This document shows, in pieces, positions 6,762 through 14,716 of a stretch of 32,000 nt of DNA. A model generated the notes under the pieces. It was not told where the DNA came from, did no database searches, and was given only the letters and a program-made list of their open reading frames with translations. Origin of the DNA: Nitrososphaera viennensis EN76 (GTDB taxonomy: Archaea > Thermoproteota > Nitrososphaeria > Nitrososphaerales > Nitrososphaeraceae); contig NZ_CP007536.1 in the NCBI RefSeq assembly GCF_000698785.1, positions 1,200,001 to 1,232,000 on the forward strand, in the 5' to 3' direction. The position numbers and the translations under genes were made by a program. Every line of letters begins with the position of its first letter. Position 1 is the stretch's first letter.

Positions 6762-8619
6762 ACGCCTTTTTTCTTTGCACAAGCCGGACAACGGCAAGAG
6801 CCGCTGCGGCAGCCAGGGCGATCACGAACGCAGGCGTCGTTATTGACAGCACCTGCACAGAGCCTGCGGCAATTGCAACAAGCGTCGCGACCAGCGCGCC
6901 GGCCGCAACTATCGCGGCAATTGCGACAGTTCTCGAGTTGACCTTTTTCCTTGCCGCTATTGCCGCGCCGGCTGCCAACGGCGAAACATAGACAGCGCCT
7001 ATGAGCGTGCTTGCGACTGCGCCGGCAAGAATAGTTCCGCCTTCCCCTCCGCCCGCGCTTGAAAACGCCTGCTCTGACGCAAGCAATATCCCAAAGAGCG
7101 GGTACAGCGCGGCCTTGACTGTGGCCTGCAGCCACGGCTGCTCTCGCTCGTAATCTGCCACCTGCGGGCTGAACGAGTAATAGACCGCGTTAAATATGCT
7201 CATGAACGCCGAGCCGGACATCGATTTTAGCACATAGTTGTCCCTAAAACCGCGGAGGAATTGCACCTGCGGCGTCAGTTCAGAGCCAAACGCTGCTGTG
7301 GCGATGAGGCACCCGGAAGGCTGCTGCTGTTGTGTTGGTGTGGTGGCATTATTGTTGCTGTTGCCGCTTCCCTGCAGCACCACCACGTCTATCTGGGCCG
7401 ACTCGTTTTCGCCGTTTATCTTTTGCGCGGCCACGCGATAGTTGCCCGGCTCCAGAAACGTGTACTGTTCCGAGAACGTGCCCTGACCGGACGCAAGGTG
7501 CTTGCGGTAGACCTCCCGGCCGTCCTTTGTTATCACAAAGTCAAATGAAGCGTTCCTGACGAGGTCGCCCACGCTGTTGTCCTGAACGTTCATGACAAAC
7601 GTCGTCGGCGAGCCGGACTCTATCACCTCCGGCCCCCACGACATCTCCCACACGTACTTTTCTGTTGTGGAGAGCAGGTCAAGCGGGAACTTGGGCTTGT
7701 CTGCCGGCGCAAGCACAAAGTCCATCGTGTTGCCCGACCCCTTTACGCCAGTCAGCCTGTCGTTGTTGAGCACAAAGTGGACCACGCGCAGGCCCTCGTA
7801 CGAATAGTCGTCAATGAGCACCGCATCCGGAGGGAGCTCCTTGCCGTCGACAGAGCCGCGGTAGCCGTTTACCTGCAGCTCCTTTATGGCCTTTGGAAAC
7901 ATGACTTCCATGTGCACCAGCGGCACCTGCGAGACGTAGGAAGACGCCCAGTCAAACGGCATCGAAAAAGAGATCGAGTTTGTGTCCCTGTCGTATTCCA
8001 GGTTTGAAACGTCGGCATAGTAGGTCATGACCGACATCTTTTGGTCGCCCTCCGCGGTCTGGACGCTAAAGTCCTGCGTCTTTGAGACGCTGACGAACAG
8101 GTCAAACGTGCGGTCCGATTCGACCTGCAGGCCGGTGCTGGAGGTTTGCAGCGTGACTGACACCTTGTACAGCCCGCCGTCGGACATTATCCTGCTTCTT
8201 ATTTCCACGGGCGCGTCCTTGCTGACGTTTACCCTGCCGGGGCTTGCCTGGTCGTTTACCTGTGCCGCGTCCGCATTTGCGTCGGGCACGAGCTTTGCAA
8301 GAACGATGCCGTCTGACGAGCGGAACTCTTGGTCAAGGAGAGTGTTGTTGCCCTTTTCCACCACCACGCGGTAGTCGATGCCGCCGGCGATGGTAGAGTT
8401 GTTTCTAGGGTCAAGCGTCCTTATCGTAAGGGTAGGCGGAGACTTGCCTACGCTTTCGATAAAAGTCGGGGAAATGGATGCCTCAACAGCCACCTGCCTC
8501 CCGCCTATCGTCGTGGGAAGCGACTGGTCTGTGCCAAGGCCGTGGCCGTACGCGCCCAGTGTGGAGCTAAAAACCAGCGTCGCCAGCAAGAGGGGCGCAA
8601 GGTAACGCTTCACAGGCAA
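6754..8619 (-). CDS. Large exported protein: HGLG N-terminal module, thaumarchaeal PEFG-family ectodomains, and a C-terminal Cys-box with a multi-TM region
   Basis: Signal peptide ...FSSTLGAYG|HGLGTDQ. The domain VWEMSWGPEVIESGSPTTFVMNV...FDFVITKDGREVYRK...PGNYRV is paralogous to the ectodomains at 20085-21131. The box GCLIATAAFGSELTPQVQFLRGFRD (nt 7237-7311) is followed by about 3-4 hydrophobic helices and a tail RLVQRKKASR. Confidence 0.85.
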   Translation of the reverse strand: MPVKRYLAPLLLATLVFSSTLGAYGHGLGTDQSLPTTIGGRQVAVEASISPTFIESVGKSPPTLTIRTLDPRNNSTIAGGIDYRVVVEKGNNTLLDQEFRSSDGIVLAKLVPDANADAAQVNDQASPGRVNVSKDAPVEIRSRIMSDGGLYKVSVTLQTSSTGLQVESDRTFDLFVSVSKTQDFSVQTAEGDQKMSVMTYYADVSNLEYDRDTNSISFSMPFDWASSYVSQVPLVHMEVMFPKAIKELQVNGYRGSVDGKELPPDAVLIDDYSYEGLRVVHFVLNNDRLTGVKGSGNTMDFVLAPADKPKFPLDLLSTTEKYVWEMSWGPEVIESGSPTTFVMNVQDNSVGDLVRNASFDFVITKDGREVYRKHLASGQGTFSEQYTFLEPGNYRVAAQKINGENESAQIDVVVLQGSGNSNNNATTPTQQQQPSGCLIATAAFGSELTPQVQFLRGFRDNYVLKSMSGSAFMSIFNAVYYSFSPQVADYEREQPWLQATVKAALYPLFGILLASEQAFSSAGGGEGGTILAGAVASTLIGAVYVSPLAAGAAIAARKKVNSRTVAIAAIVAAGALVATLVAIAAGSVQVLSITTPAFVIALAAAAALAVVRLVQRKKASR

Positions 8620-8659
8620 AAGGGCGCATCAAGGCAAAATAAAGATTTGTAAAAGTACA

Positions 8660-8705
8660 GAAAGAAAAAGGAGGAAGAGAGTAGGAGCCGTGCATCTCTC
8701 CTACT
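8660..8705 (-). terminator. Hairpin plus U-rich tract downstream of gene 8701-9606
   Basis: Perfect 8-bp inverted repeat AGTAGGAG (8680-8687) / CTCCTACT (8698-8705) with a 10-nt loop, overlapping the stop codon. On the transcribed strand it is followed by CTCTTCCTCCTTTTTCTTTCT. Confidence 0.45.
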
Positions 8706-9606
8706 GAGTCATGTTGTTACCTGTCATGTTGCCAGACATGTCCATTGACGACTCCTCATCGTCATCGTGGCTCTCTGCTGCGTGGCCGTCCAGCGGGAGG
8801 TCAAACGCCTTTGCAAGGTTCTCGTGGACCTTGCCGTGCACGATCACGGTCACGCTTTCAAGGGACGCCCGGCTGTCGACTGCACTCTTTAGCTCGTTGA
8901 GGCCGGACCTGAGCGCGGCCATCGAGTCGGCCGAGCCATCCGGCGCGCCTGCGTTGAGCTTGTAGTACAGGCTCGATGCCTTTAGCGTGAGCCACTTGGC
9001 CGACTGGTATGCTGGCATGTTGACAATCTTGTCGTGCGCCTCTTCCGTGCTGCCAGTCATGTTCATGCTGCTGCCAGAGTGATCATGACTTCCTCCTTCT
9101 GCCATTCCGTAGGCACCCTGGTAGGATTCCAGAATTCCGTCCACCAGGTTTGCAAATACAAGAGCCCTTACCGTCGAGTTGGTCAGCTGGCCGCTGTCAA
9201 TCCTGACGGTGACGGTCTCGCCAAGCAGGCCGTTGATGTCTCTTATCTGCTGGACGATTTCAGACCTAGGGCTGTTGCCTTCAACAGAAGTCTTTAGCTT
9301 TTCCAGCGCCGCCGGGAGGTCCGTTCCAAGCCTCTGGTTCTTTTCAGATATTTCCTTGATGGTATCTGCGCTCAGGTGTCCTGCCGCATGCTCGGCGTGC
9401 TCTCTGGCAAGCTCGTGGTTGCCCATATAATTCCCGCCTACCAGCATGAGATGAATCTTTAATGTGTCCATGTTCGCAAGAAACGCGGCGCTTTCGTCGC
9501 CGGAGAAGTTGTGCGCAAACGCCCTCTGCCCTGCCGACGCGTAGGCCAGTCCTCCACCTACCATCATGGCGGCAAGCAAGAGCGCGGTGGTGCTTTTTCT
9601 TTCCAT
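8701..9606 (-). CDS. Exported helical His/Met-rich protein (putative metal, likely copper, binding)
   Basis: Signal peptide with cleavage at AYA|S or AFA|HNF. His cluster HELAREHAEHAAGH. Met/His tracts GGSHDHSGSSMNMTGS and C-terminal HAAESHDDDEESSMDMSGNMTGNNMTQ. Confidence 0.8.
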   Translation of the reverse strand: MERKSTTALLLAAMMVGGGLAYASAGQRAFAHNFSGDESAAFLANMDTLKIHLMLVGGNYMGNHELAREHAEHAAGHLSADTIKEISEKNQRLGTDLPAALEKLKTSVEGNSPRSEIVQQIRDINGLLGETVTVRIDSGQLTNSTVRALVFANLVDGILESYQGAYGMAEGGSHDHSGSSMNMTGSTEEAHDKIVNMPAYQSAKWLTLKASSLYYKLNAGAPDGSADSMAALRSGLNELKSAVDSRASLESVTVIVHGKVHENLAKAFDLPLDGHAAESHDDDEESSMDMSGNMTGNNMTQ

Positions 9607-9641
9607 AGATGTAGAAACCGGTCATCCTTTAATTAGGGTTC

Positions 9642-9657
9642 TAGTACACCGGCCGAA
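9642..9657 (+). promoter_or_regulatory. Motif copy 1: TAGTACA-CCGG-CCGAA
   Basis: Lies 36 nt upstream of ATG 9606. Read in the gene direction: TTCGG-ccgg-TGTACTA, 5 nt, CTAATTAAAGG (TATA), 21 nt, ATG. Confidence 0.6.
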
Positions 9658-9669
9658 GTAGTAGCAGTT

Positions 9670-10233
9670 TTAGATCTTGTTTCTAGAGTGCAAATAGACT
9701 GCAATGCCGGCGATAACTGCCGCCGCAGGCGTCACGTAGTATAGCAACAGCTCGTCAAGTGGTATGCCGGGCGGAAATGCGCTCACGTCAAAGCTTGCCA
9801 CAAGGGGCTGCGACGCGTATTTTGCATCGCCGGGGATGCGGGTCTGCACGGTCACGACGTAGCTTCCCGGCGTGTCAAACACATACCTTGTCGTGATGTC
9901 GCTTATCTCGTACAGGCGGTAGGGCTCCTGATGAATCGGGTTGCCCGTCTGCTTGTCCGCAATCACCACTGATGTGTAGACATTGTAGATGTTGTTGCCG
10001 TCGCTGGCAAGCACGCTAAAGTTGAGAGTCGAGTTGGTGCCGGTTATCGGGCTTGCAGGGTACGGCTGGAAGATTATCTGGTATCCGTCCACTTCCTTTG
10101 TGGTGCCGAAAAAGTGGGCGTACGCCGGCACAAAGAACATGCCTGTAAAAAAGAGCATGACGACTGCAAGGAAGTGCAGTGACAACAACAACAGCAGCAG
10201 CATCGGCCTGTTTTGGCGCTTTGCATATTTCAA
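9670..10233 (-). CDS. Exported, C-terminally anchored FixH/YtkA-like beta-sandwich protein
   Basis: Signal peptide ...FFVPAYA|HFFGT. Ig-like pattern VDGYQIIFQPYPASPITGTNSTLNFSV...PGSYVVTVQ. C-terminal TM helix plus SRNKI. The start may be TTG 10233 or ATG 10203. Confidence 0.75.
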   Translation of the reverse strand: MKYAKRQNRPMLLLLLLSLHFLAVVMLFFTGMFFVPAYAHFFGTTKEVDGYQIIFQPYPASPITGTNSTLNFSVLASDGNNIYNVYTSVVIADKQTGNPIHQEPYRLYEISDITTRYVFDTPGSYVVTVQTRIPGDAKYASQPLVASFDVSAFPPGIPLDELLLYYVTPAAAVIAGIAVYLHSRNKI

Positions 10234-10242
10234 CCATCATGC

Positions 10243-10258
10243 TGGTACATCTGCCGGA
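10243..10258 (+). promoter_or_regulatory. Motif copy 2: TGGTACA-TCTG-CCGGA
   Basis: Lies in the 157-nt gap upstream of gene 9670-10233, 10-40 nt from the candidate starts. Confidence 0.55.
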
Positions 10259-10390
10259 TGAACCACAACTACTAATATGCAAACAATGCGTAATCTACCC
10301 TGTAGCGCCAGTTCGCTGCAGAGAAAAAATGCATATGCCTGTTCATTGCACGGCGGGGAGAGCCTTTCTCCTCCCCTCCCTTCCGTGCCA

Positions 10391-10924
10391 TCAGGCTTGT
10401 TCCTTTGCCTTCTTTCTATTTCTGCGCATTATCACTATTGCGCCTGCAACTGCCGCCCCGGCAGCCCCGATCCCGGGCGCGACAGTGTAGAGGTAATAGT
10501 CGTTCTGGCCTGCCACGTCAAGTTCGAATATAAAAGTCAGGGTCTGGCCGCTGTAGGCGTTGTCTGTAAGGTCTGCATAAAGAACGTACCTGCCCGGCTC
10601 TGCAAAAGTGCGGTCGTACGCATAGTGGCCGTACGGGACTATTACCGGGCCGACCGCTGCGACTTCGGCGCCGTCCTTGACCAGCCTTATCTTTACCGGC
10701 ACGTCCACCAGGTCGTCGCCGTTGACGCCGGCAATCCTCATCACCACCTTTGCAGGCTCGCCGGCCACCAGCCTGGCCGGCTCGGTGGCGACCTCAAAGT
10801 CATAGTTGCCTAACCTCTGCTTGTACACGGCGTTCTTTAGCGGATCGGCAAACGCCGGCTGCGCGACCAGCAGGAAAATGGCCGCAAGAGCCACTGCGCA
10901 CGCAAGCGACTTTAACGACAGCAA
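10391..10924 (-). CDS. Exported, C-terminally anchored FixH/YtkA-like beta-sandwich protein
   Basis: Signal peptide ...VAQPAFA|DPLKN. Pattern YDFEVATEPARLVAGEPAKVVMRI...EPGRYVLYADL. C-terminal TM helix plus RRNRKKAKEQA. TTG start 8 nt after the regulator's stop codon. Confidence 0.75.
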   Translation of the reverse strand: MLSLKSLACAVALAAIFLLVAQPAFADPLKNAVYKQRLGNYDFEVATEPARLVAGEPAKVVMRIAGVNGDDLVDVPVKIRLVKDGAEVAAVGPVIVPYGHYAYDRTFAEPGRYVLYADLTDNAYSGQTLTFIFELDVAGQNDYYLYTVAPGIGAAGAAVAGAIVIMRRNRKKAKEQA

Positions 10925-10932
10925 CAGCTATG

Positions 10933-11451
10933 CTAGAGCTCGTCCAACATTTCAACGTAATTGTCGACGACCTTGTCGGCAAAGGTCCGGCGGTACTTTG
11001 ACAGCACGTCGGCGATGAGATCCTTGTTCGCAAGGCTGTACAGCTGGTACTCGCCGTACCTGACGGACAGTATGCCGGCATCCTTCAGGCGCTTCAGGTG
11101 CGCCGAAACGGTGGAAGGCGCTTTTCCCGTGTGCTCCACTATTTCTGCAAAGGTGCACATGTCCTGCGACAGTATGAATGACACTATCTCGCGTATCGGC
11201 TCGTGCCTGATGTAGCCAAGCACCTGCGACTCGCTTTCCGGCACGTTGACAGGGTAATAGCGGGTGATGCGCGCCTGCTGCCTGTCCACCCTCACCACGC
11301 TTGCCCTTTCAAGGGCGGACAGATGGTACGTCAGCACGCCGTTTGCAAGGCCGGTCGACCGCAAGAGCTCGCGGTAGCGGATGCCCGGCTCGCGCTCGAT
11401 GAGGTTCAGGAGGAGATCCTGGGTGCTGACGGTCTCTGACACTTCTTCCAT
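10933..11451 (-). CDS. Transcriptional regulator with two tandem winged-helix (ArsR-like) domains
   Basis: wHTH 1: GIRYRELLRSTGLANGVLTYHLSALERASVVRV. wHTH 2: CTFAEIVEHTGKAPSTVSAHLKRLKDAGILSV. The ATG is 1 nt after the stop of the upstream 4-TM gene, and AGGTGA lies 9 nt upstream. Confidence 0.85.
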   Translation of the reverse strand: MEEVSETVSTQDLLLNLIEREPGIRYRELLRSTGLANGVLTYHLSALERASVVRVDRQQARITRYYPVNVPESESQVLGYIRHEPIREIVSFILSQDMCTFAEIVEHTGKAPSTVSAHLKRLKDAGILSVRYGEYQLYSLANKDLIADVLSKYRRTFADKVVDNYVEMLDEL

Positions 11452-11452
11452 C

Positions 11453-11860
11453 TCACTTGTTCACCTTAAGCACTCCTAGCCCGAACAGGCTGAGCATTGC
11501 AAGCACGATGATGTGCGGGAATTCTATATCAAGATTGGGGATCTGCAAAAAGAACAAGAGCCCGACTGCCTGGAACAGGTAGAACACCTCTGCGATTCCG
11601 AGCGCGATGAACCCAAGCGTCATGTAAAGCGTCCTTGCCCCGCCTGTGCGCCTGTACGCAGTCAGCGAGACAATGCTGAGGAACGAGGCTATCACGAGGC
11701 TTGCGATGTGGAGGAGGATGTGGGACAGCATGGACGGGTGCGTGACGTGCGGGAGAACGAGGGGCGCAATGATGCCTACCACTATGGCCGCGGTGAGCCC
11801 AAATACCAGAGGCTTTGACGCCGTCGCCTCCTGAACAGGCTGGTTACTACCCGTCTGCAT
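11453..11860 (-). CDS. 4-TM membrane protein with a His-rich first loop, translationally coupled to the double-wHTH regulator
   Basis: Four hydrophobic helices. The stretch LPHVTHPSMLSHILLH carries four His residues. It has its own TATA box and a motif copy upstream. Confidence 0.75.
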   Translation of the reverse strand: MQTGSNQPVQEATASKPLVFGLTAAIVVGIIAPLVLPHVTHPSMLSHILLHIASLVIASFLSIVSLTAYRRTGGARTLYMTLGFIALGIAEVFYLFQAVGLLFFLQIPNLDIEFPHIIVLAMLSLFGLGVLKVNK

Positions 11861-11878
11861 CCACCAATAAATTGGTGG
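11861..11878. promoter_or_regulatory. Perfect palindrome CCACCAAT-AA-ATTGGTGG between the TATA box and ATG 11860 (candidate operator)
   Basis: 8-bp arms with a 2-bp spacer, directly abutting the start codon of the 4-TM/regulator operon. This position should cover the transcription start. Confidence 0.5.
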
Positions 11879-11898
11879 TTTTGGCCTAATAAAGGGAT

Positions 11899-11914
11899 TG
11901 GTACAAAGCCAGAA
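11899..11914 (+). promoter_or_regulatory. Motif copy 3: TGGTACA-AAGC-CAGAA
   Basis: Read in the gene direction: TTCTG-gctt-TGTACCA, 5 nt, TTTATTAGG (TATA), 24 nt, ATG 11860. Confidence 0.6.
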
Positions 11915-11928
11915 TTAGCTATAGCCAG

Positions 11929-13860
11929 CTAGCCCAGCGCGGCAAGCGTCTTTTTCATCTGCAGCCGGCTCTGCCTCGCATAAAAGGCGCTCCCGCCTGC
12001 CACCGCCGCTGCAAGGCCCAGCGCAAGGGCCGCAAACGAGTCAAAGCTTGGCAGCATTTCCGTGTTGCTGTCTTCTTCATCCATCTCAGGCATCGCAGGC
12101 ATTCCCGGCGGCATGGCCTGCCCGCTTACCAGAGTCTCGGTAAAGCTGTGGTTCAGGTCGTACGCGTTTACCCTCTGCGCGATAAAGTCCATCTTCCATT
12201 CGCCTGCCTGGCTCAGGTAGCCTCCGGTGGCCGAATAAACGCCGTCGCCGGTTTTTTGCAGCGTGACTACCAGCGGCCCCACCCCGGCGTCCACGTTTGT
12301 GAGCCGCAGCACCACGCTTGCAATGTTTTGCGGGGGATTGGTGCCTCCTTCCAAAAGCGTGGCGGTAAACGTGTTGACCCCCGGCTGGAAAGGAGATATT
12401 TCCAGCGCGATGTCAACACCGTCCACGTTCACGCGGTGCATAAAATGCGGGCCGGACTGCTGATGCGTCGTCATGGCCTGTGCGGGCGGCGACGTTATCG
12501 TGAGAAAAGAGGCTGCAAGTAGCACTCCTATCCCGACAAGCGCCTCGGCCTTGACGGTCCTGCCAAAGCGCGACGTGGCCGCGTATTCCTGGCCGCCGGA
12601 TCTTGCAAGCACGACTATTTCCCGGTGCAGCCTGAGCTGGTGGTACGCCCCAAGGAGCACCATGGGAAGGGCGGCTGCAAGTTTTGTTGCCAAGCTTGTC
12701 CCGTACGGCGTGGAAAAGAGCGAGTCCAGCGCGTGCAGGTGGACCCACGCCATGTAGATCCCAGTCACGCCGATGACCCCAAGCGACACGGTGGCTACGA
12801 GCGAAAATCTTGGCAGCGCGGTCGCAAGCTGGCGTGGCGACCGCCTTGTCGCCGGCGCAAACACTAAAGCCAGGTAGAACAGGCCCCCGACCCACGCGGA
12901 CACGGCCATAAAGTGGGCCCAGTCAAGCGCCGTCGCAAGCGCAGGCAGGAACGGCGCGGCAGAGTTGTGGCTCAGCATGCTGTTTGAGAACAGCGAGACC
13001 GCGCCTGCCGCAAGGATGGCGTACAGCAGCAGTAGTAGTAGCGGCTTTTTGTCGCCTTTTTTCATCATGCAGGCAAGGACCGCGCCGGCTGCTACCACTA
13101 TTGCCGACGCTGCAAGCCGGATTAGCCATACGGCGCCGGCTGGCGAGCTTGCAACAAGTGACTGCGCGGCCTGCCCAAGCGGGACGCCGGCGGCCTCGGC
13201 AAGGTTGCCGGCCTGCAAGAGCATGATCACTGTGGCAGACGCGGCCACGGCGCCTGCGCTTGCAAGCAGGATGATTGAAAACCTGCGCAGGAAACGGCCT
13301 GCTGCTCCTTCTTCTTCAAGCTTTTTCCGCAGGATTGCGTGCGCCATCGCCCCGCCGACGATTGCCGTCTGCGCTACGATGAGGGGCCACTTGGCAAGCG
13401 CGTCTTCGTACGACGTGACGTACCGCGTCTCACTTGGCCCTCCTGCCGGCACCACCTCATGGCCCATGCCAAAGACGTACGCGCCTTCCGTGATGTGCCC
13501 GTCGTCAAGCGACATCGTGAACCACGACACCGTGTATATGCCGTCCCTGACCTTGCCTGTATCCAGCGTCACGGCAGCCTGCCTGCCGTTTTCGCCAATG
13601 ACTGCAAAGTCGTTGTTGTCGATGCGCTGGCCCTGCGCGTCTGCAACCCGGATGTAGCTCACATTCGGGTCTGGGCGCTCTGAAAACGATATTGCTAGCT
13701 GTTGCGGGAGCTCGGATTTTTCGTGGAACTGCGCGTTTGGCGCAATTGAATATTTCACAGGCACCGCGTGGCCAAATGCAGGCTCTATCGCTGCTGAGGG
13801 CAGCAACAGCGCTAGGGCTGCCAGTGCAAAAACAATGAGGAGGGGCCGGCGGCTTGACAT
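11929..13860 (-). CDS. copCD: CopC-CopD fusion with a C-terminal FixH/YtkA-like domain, a Met-rich linker and a terminal TM helix
   Basis: I place the start at ATG 13860 (MSSRRPLLIVFALAALALLLPSAAIEPAFG|HAVPVKYS). The CopC domain has an N-terminal His and SLDDGHITEGAYVFG (the D-x-H motif). About 8 CopD-like TM helices follow. The Ig-like domain reads VDIALEISPFQPGVNTFTATL...GEWKMDF. The Met-rich stretch is QAMPPGMPAMPEM. The track's upstream extension to 13968 overlaps the upstream gene and is basic junk. Confidence 0.9.
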   Translation of the reverse strand: MSSRRPLLIVFALAALALLLPSAAIEPAFGHAVPVKYSIAPNAQFHEKSELPQQLAISFSERPDPNVSYIRVADAQGQRIDNNDFAVIGENGRQAAVTLDTGKVRDGIYTVSWFTMSLDDGHITEGAYVFGMGHEVVPAGGPSETRYVTSYEDALAKWPLIVAQTAIVGGAMAHAILRKKLEEEGAAGRFLRRFSIILLASAGAVAASATVIMLLQAGNLAEAAGVPLGQAAQSLVASSPAGAVWLIRLAASAIVVAAGAVLACMMKKGDKKPLLLLLLYAILAAGAVSLFSNSMLSHNSAAPFLPALATALDWAHFMAVSAWVGGLFYLALVFAPATRRSPRQLATALPRFSLVATVSLGVIGVTGIYMAWVHLHALDSLFSTPYGTSLATKLAAALPMVLLGAYHQLRLHREIVVLARSGGQEYAATSRFGRTVKAEALVGIGVLLAASFLTITSPPAQAMTTHQQSGPHFMHRVNVDGVDIALEISPFQPGVNTFTATLLEGGTNPPQNIASVVLRLTNVDAGVGPLVVTLQKTGDGVYSATGGYLSQAGEWKMDFIAQRVNAYDLNHSFTETLVSGQAMPPGMPAMPEMDEEDSNTEMLPSFDSFAALALGLAAAVAGGSAFYARQSRLQMKKTLAALG

Positions 13861-13883
13861 GGCTAGGGAAAAAAGATGGGGCG

Positions 13884-14639
13884 CTACTTGTTGTTGCTGC
13901 CGCCGCGCCTTGCCATTGCCACAGCGCCTATGGCTATGCCCACTATGCCAAGGCCGATTCCCGCCCACGCCATGCCGCCATCACTTCCACCTGATGCTGC
14001 CGGCGGCGCCTTGACGGACGCAACGTCGCTCTGGACCTGCGCAATGGCCTTGCTCACGTCGTTGTTCTGCATGTATGGCTCGGGGAACCCTGCGTCGGTT
14101 CGCGACTCAAAGCAGCCATAGCCTCCGGCTACACCCTTTCTCACCACGCCTTCTGACACCGTGACGGCAGAGTTGTCTGGCTGCGCGCCAGCCTCGCCTG
14201 CAGGGGTGCACGAGAACGTGAGGTCGACCGGCGTGTTGTTTATCGTCCCGAATATGCGGTACGTGTACGTCGTCGCAATGGTCGGGTAGAACGGCGCGCT
14301 GTACTGGCCTGGCGAGTTGAAGACGGGCTCTAGTGGCATCTCTTTCTTTTTGTCCCCTGCGCCGATCTCAACCTTTAGTGTCTGCTCAAGGCCCGTGACA
14401 GGAGTCGCTCCTGCCGCGCGAGAGTTCATCGGGTCGCTCGGGTCTGCGTTGAGGACGCGAAGGTCAACCCCGGTCTTGTCGTCCACAAACGCAGGCTCGT
14501 TGAGCGAGCCTATCACTATCAAGTAGTCCTTGCCGCCTATCGTGTAGAGCTGGCGCTGGTGCGCATAGGCCGGCGCCGCAAAAGCGCCTGTCAAGAGGAG
14601 CGCTATCGCTACCCCAACCATAATTATTGCTAGTTTCAT
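13884..14639 (-). CDS. Exported, C-terminally anchored protein with a mature N-terminal His; tentatively YcnI/DUF1775-like
   Basis: Signal peptide ...GAFAAPAYA|HQRQLYTIGGKDYLIVIGSLNEP. The spacing from His1 to the N-E pair resembles the His1...VPNE spacing of YcnI. A C-terminal TM helix and basic tail match YcnI architecture. The gene lies immediately upstream of copCD. Confidence 0.8.
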   Translation of the reverse strand: MKLAIIMVGVAIALLLTGAFAAPAYAHQRQLYTIGGKDYLIVIGSLNEPAFVDDKTGVDLRVLNADPSDPMNSRAAGATPVTGLEQTLKVEIGAGDKKKEMPLEPVFNSPGQYSAPFYPTIATTYTYRIFGTINNTPVDLTFSCTPAGEAGAQPDNSAVTVSEGVVRKGVAGGYGCFESRTDAGFPEPYMQNNDVSKAIAQVQSDVASVKAPPAASGGSDGGMAWAGIGLGIVGIAIGAVAMARRGGSNNK

Positions 14640-14674
14640 GCAGGTATTGGAAGCTATAGAAAATTTAAGAAAAG

Positions 14675-14690
14675 TGGTACATTAGGCGAA
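14675..14690 (+). promoter_or_regulatory. Motif copy 4: TGGTACA-TTAG-GCGAA
   Basis: Read in the gene direction: TTCGC-ctaa-TGTACCA, 6 nt, TTAAATTT (TATA), 21 nt, ATG 14639. Confidence 0.6.
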
Positions 14691-14716
14691 TGTCCTACTG
14701 ACATGCAAGATGATTA

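Noticed and set aside
8654-8659. AGTACA half-site upstream of the TATA box of gene 6754-8619
   Set aside because: Only the GTACA core is present and there is no CCGAA-like half. It is possibly a decayed site but not supportable.
12965-13657. 230-aa + strand ORF (and neighbours 12148-12522, 12473-12757, 13339-13683) inside copCD
   Set aside because: They are antisense to a gene with CopC/CopD signatures and have Ala/Ser/Pro/Arg-rich low-complexity composition, typical of GC-rich shadow frames.
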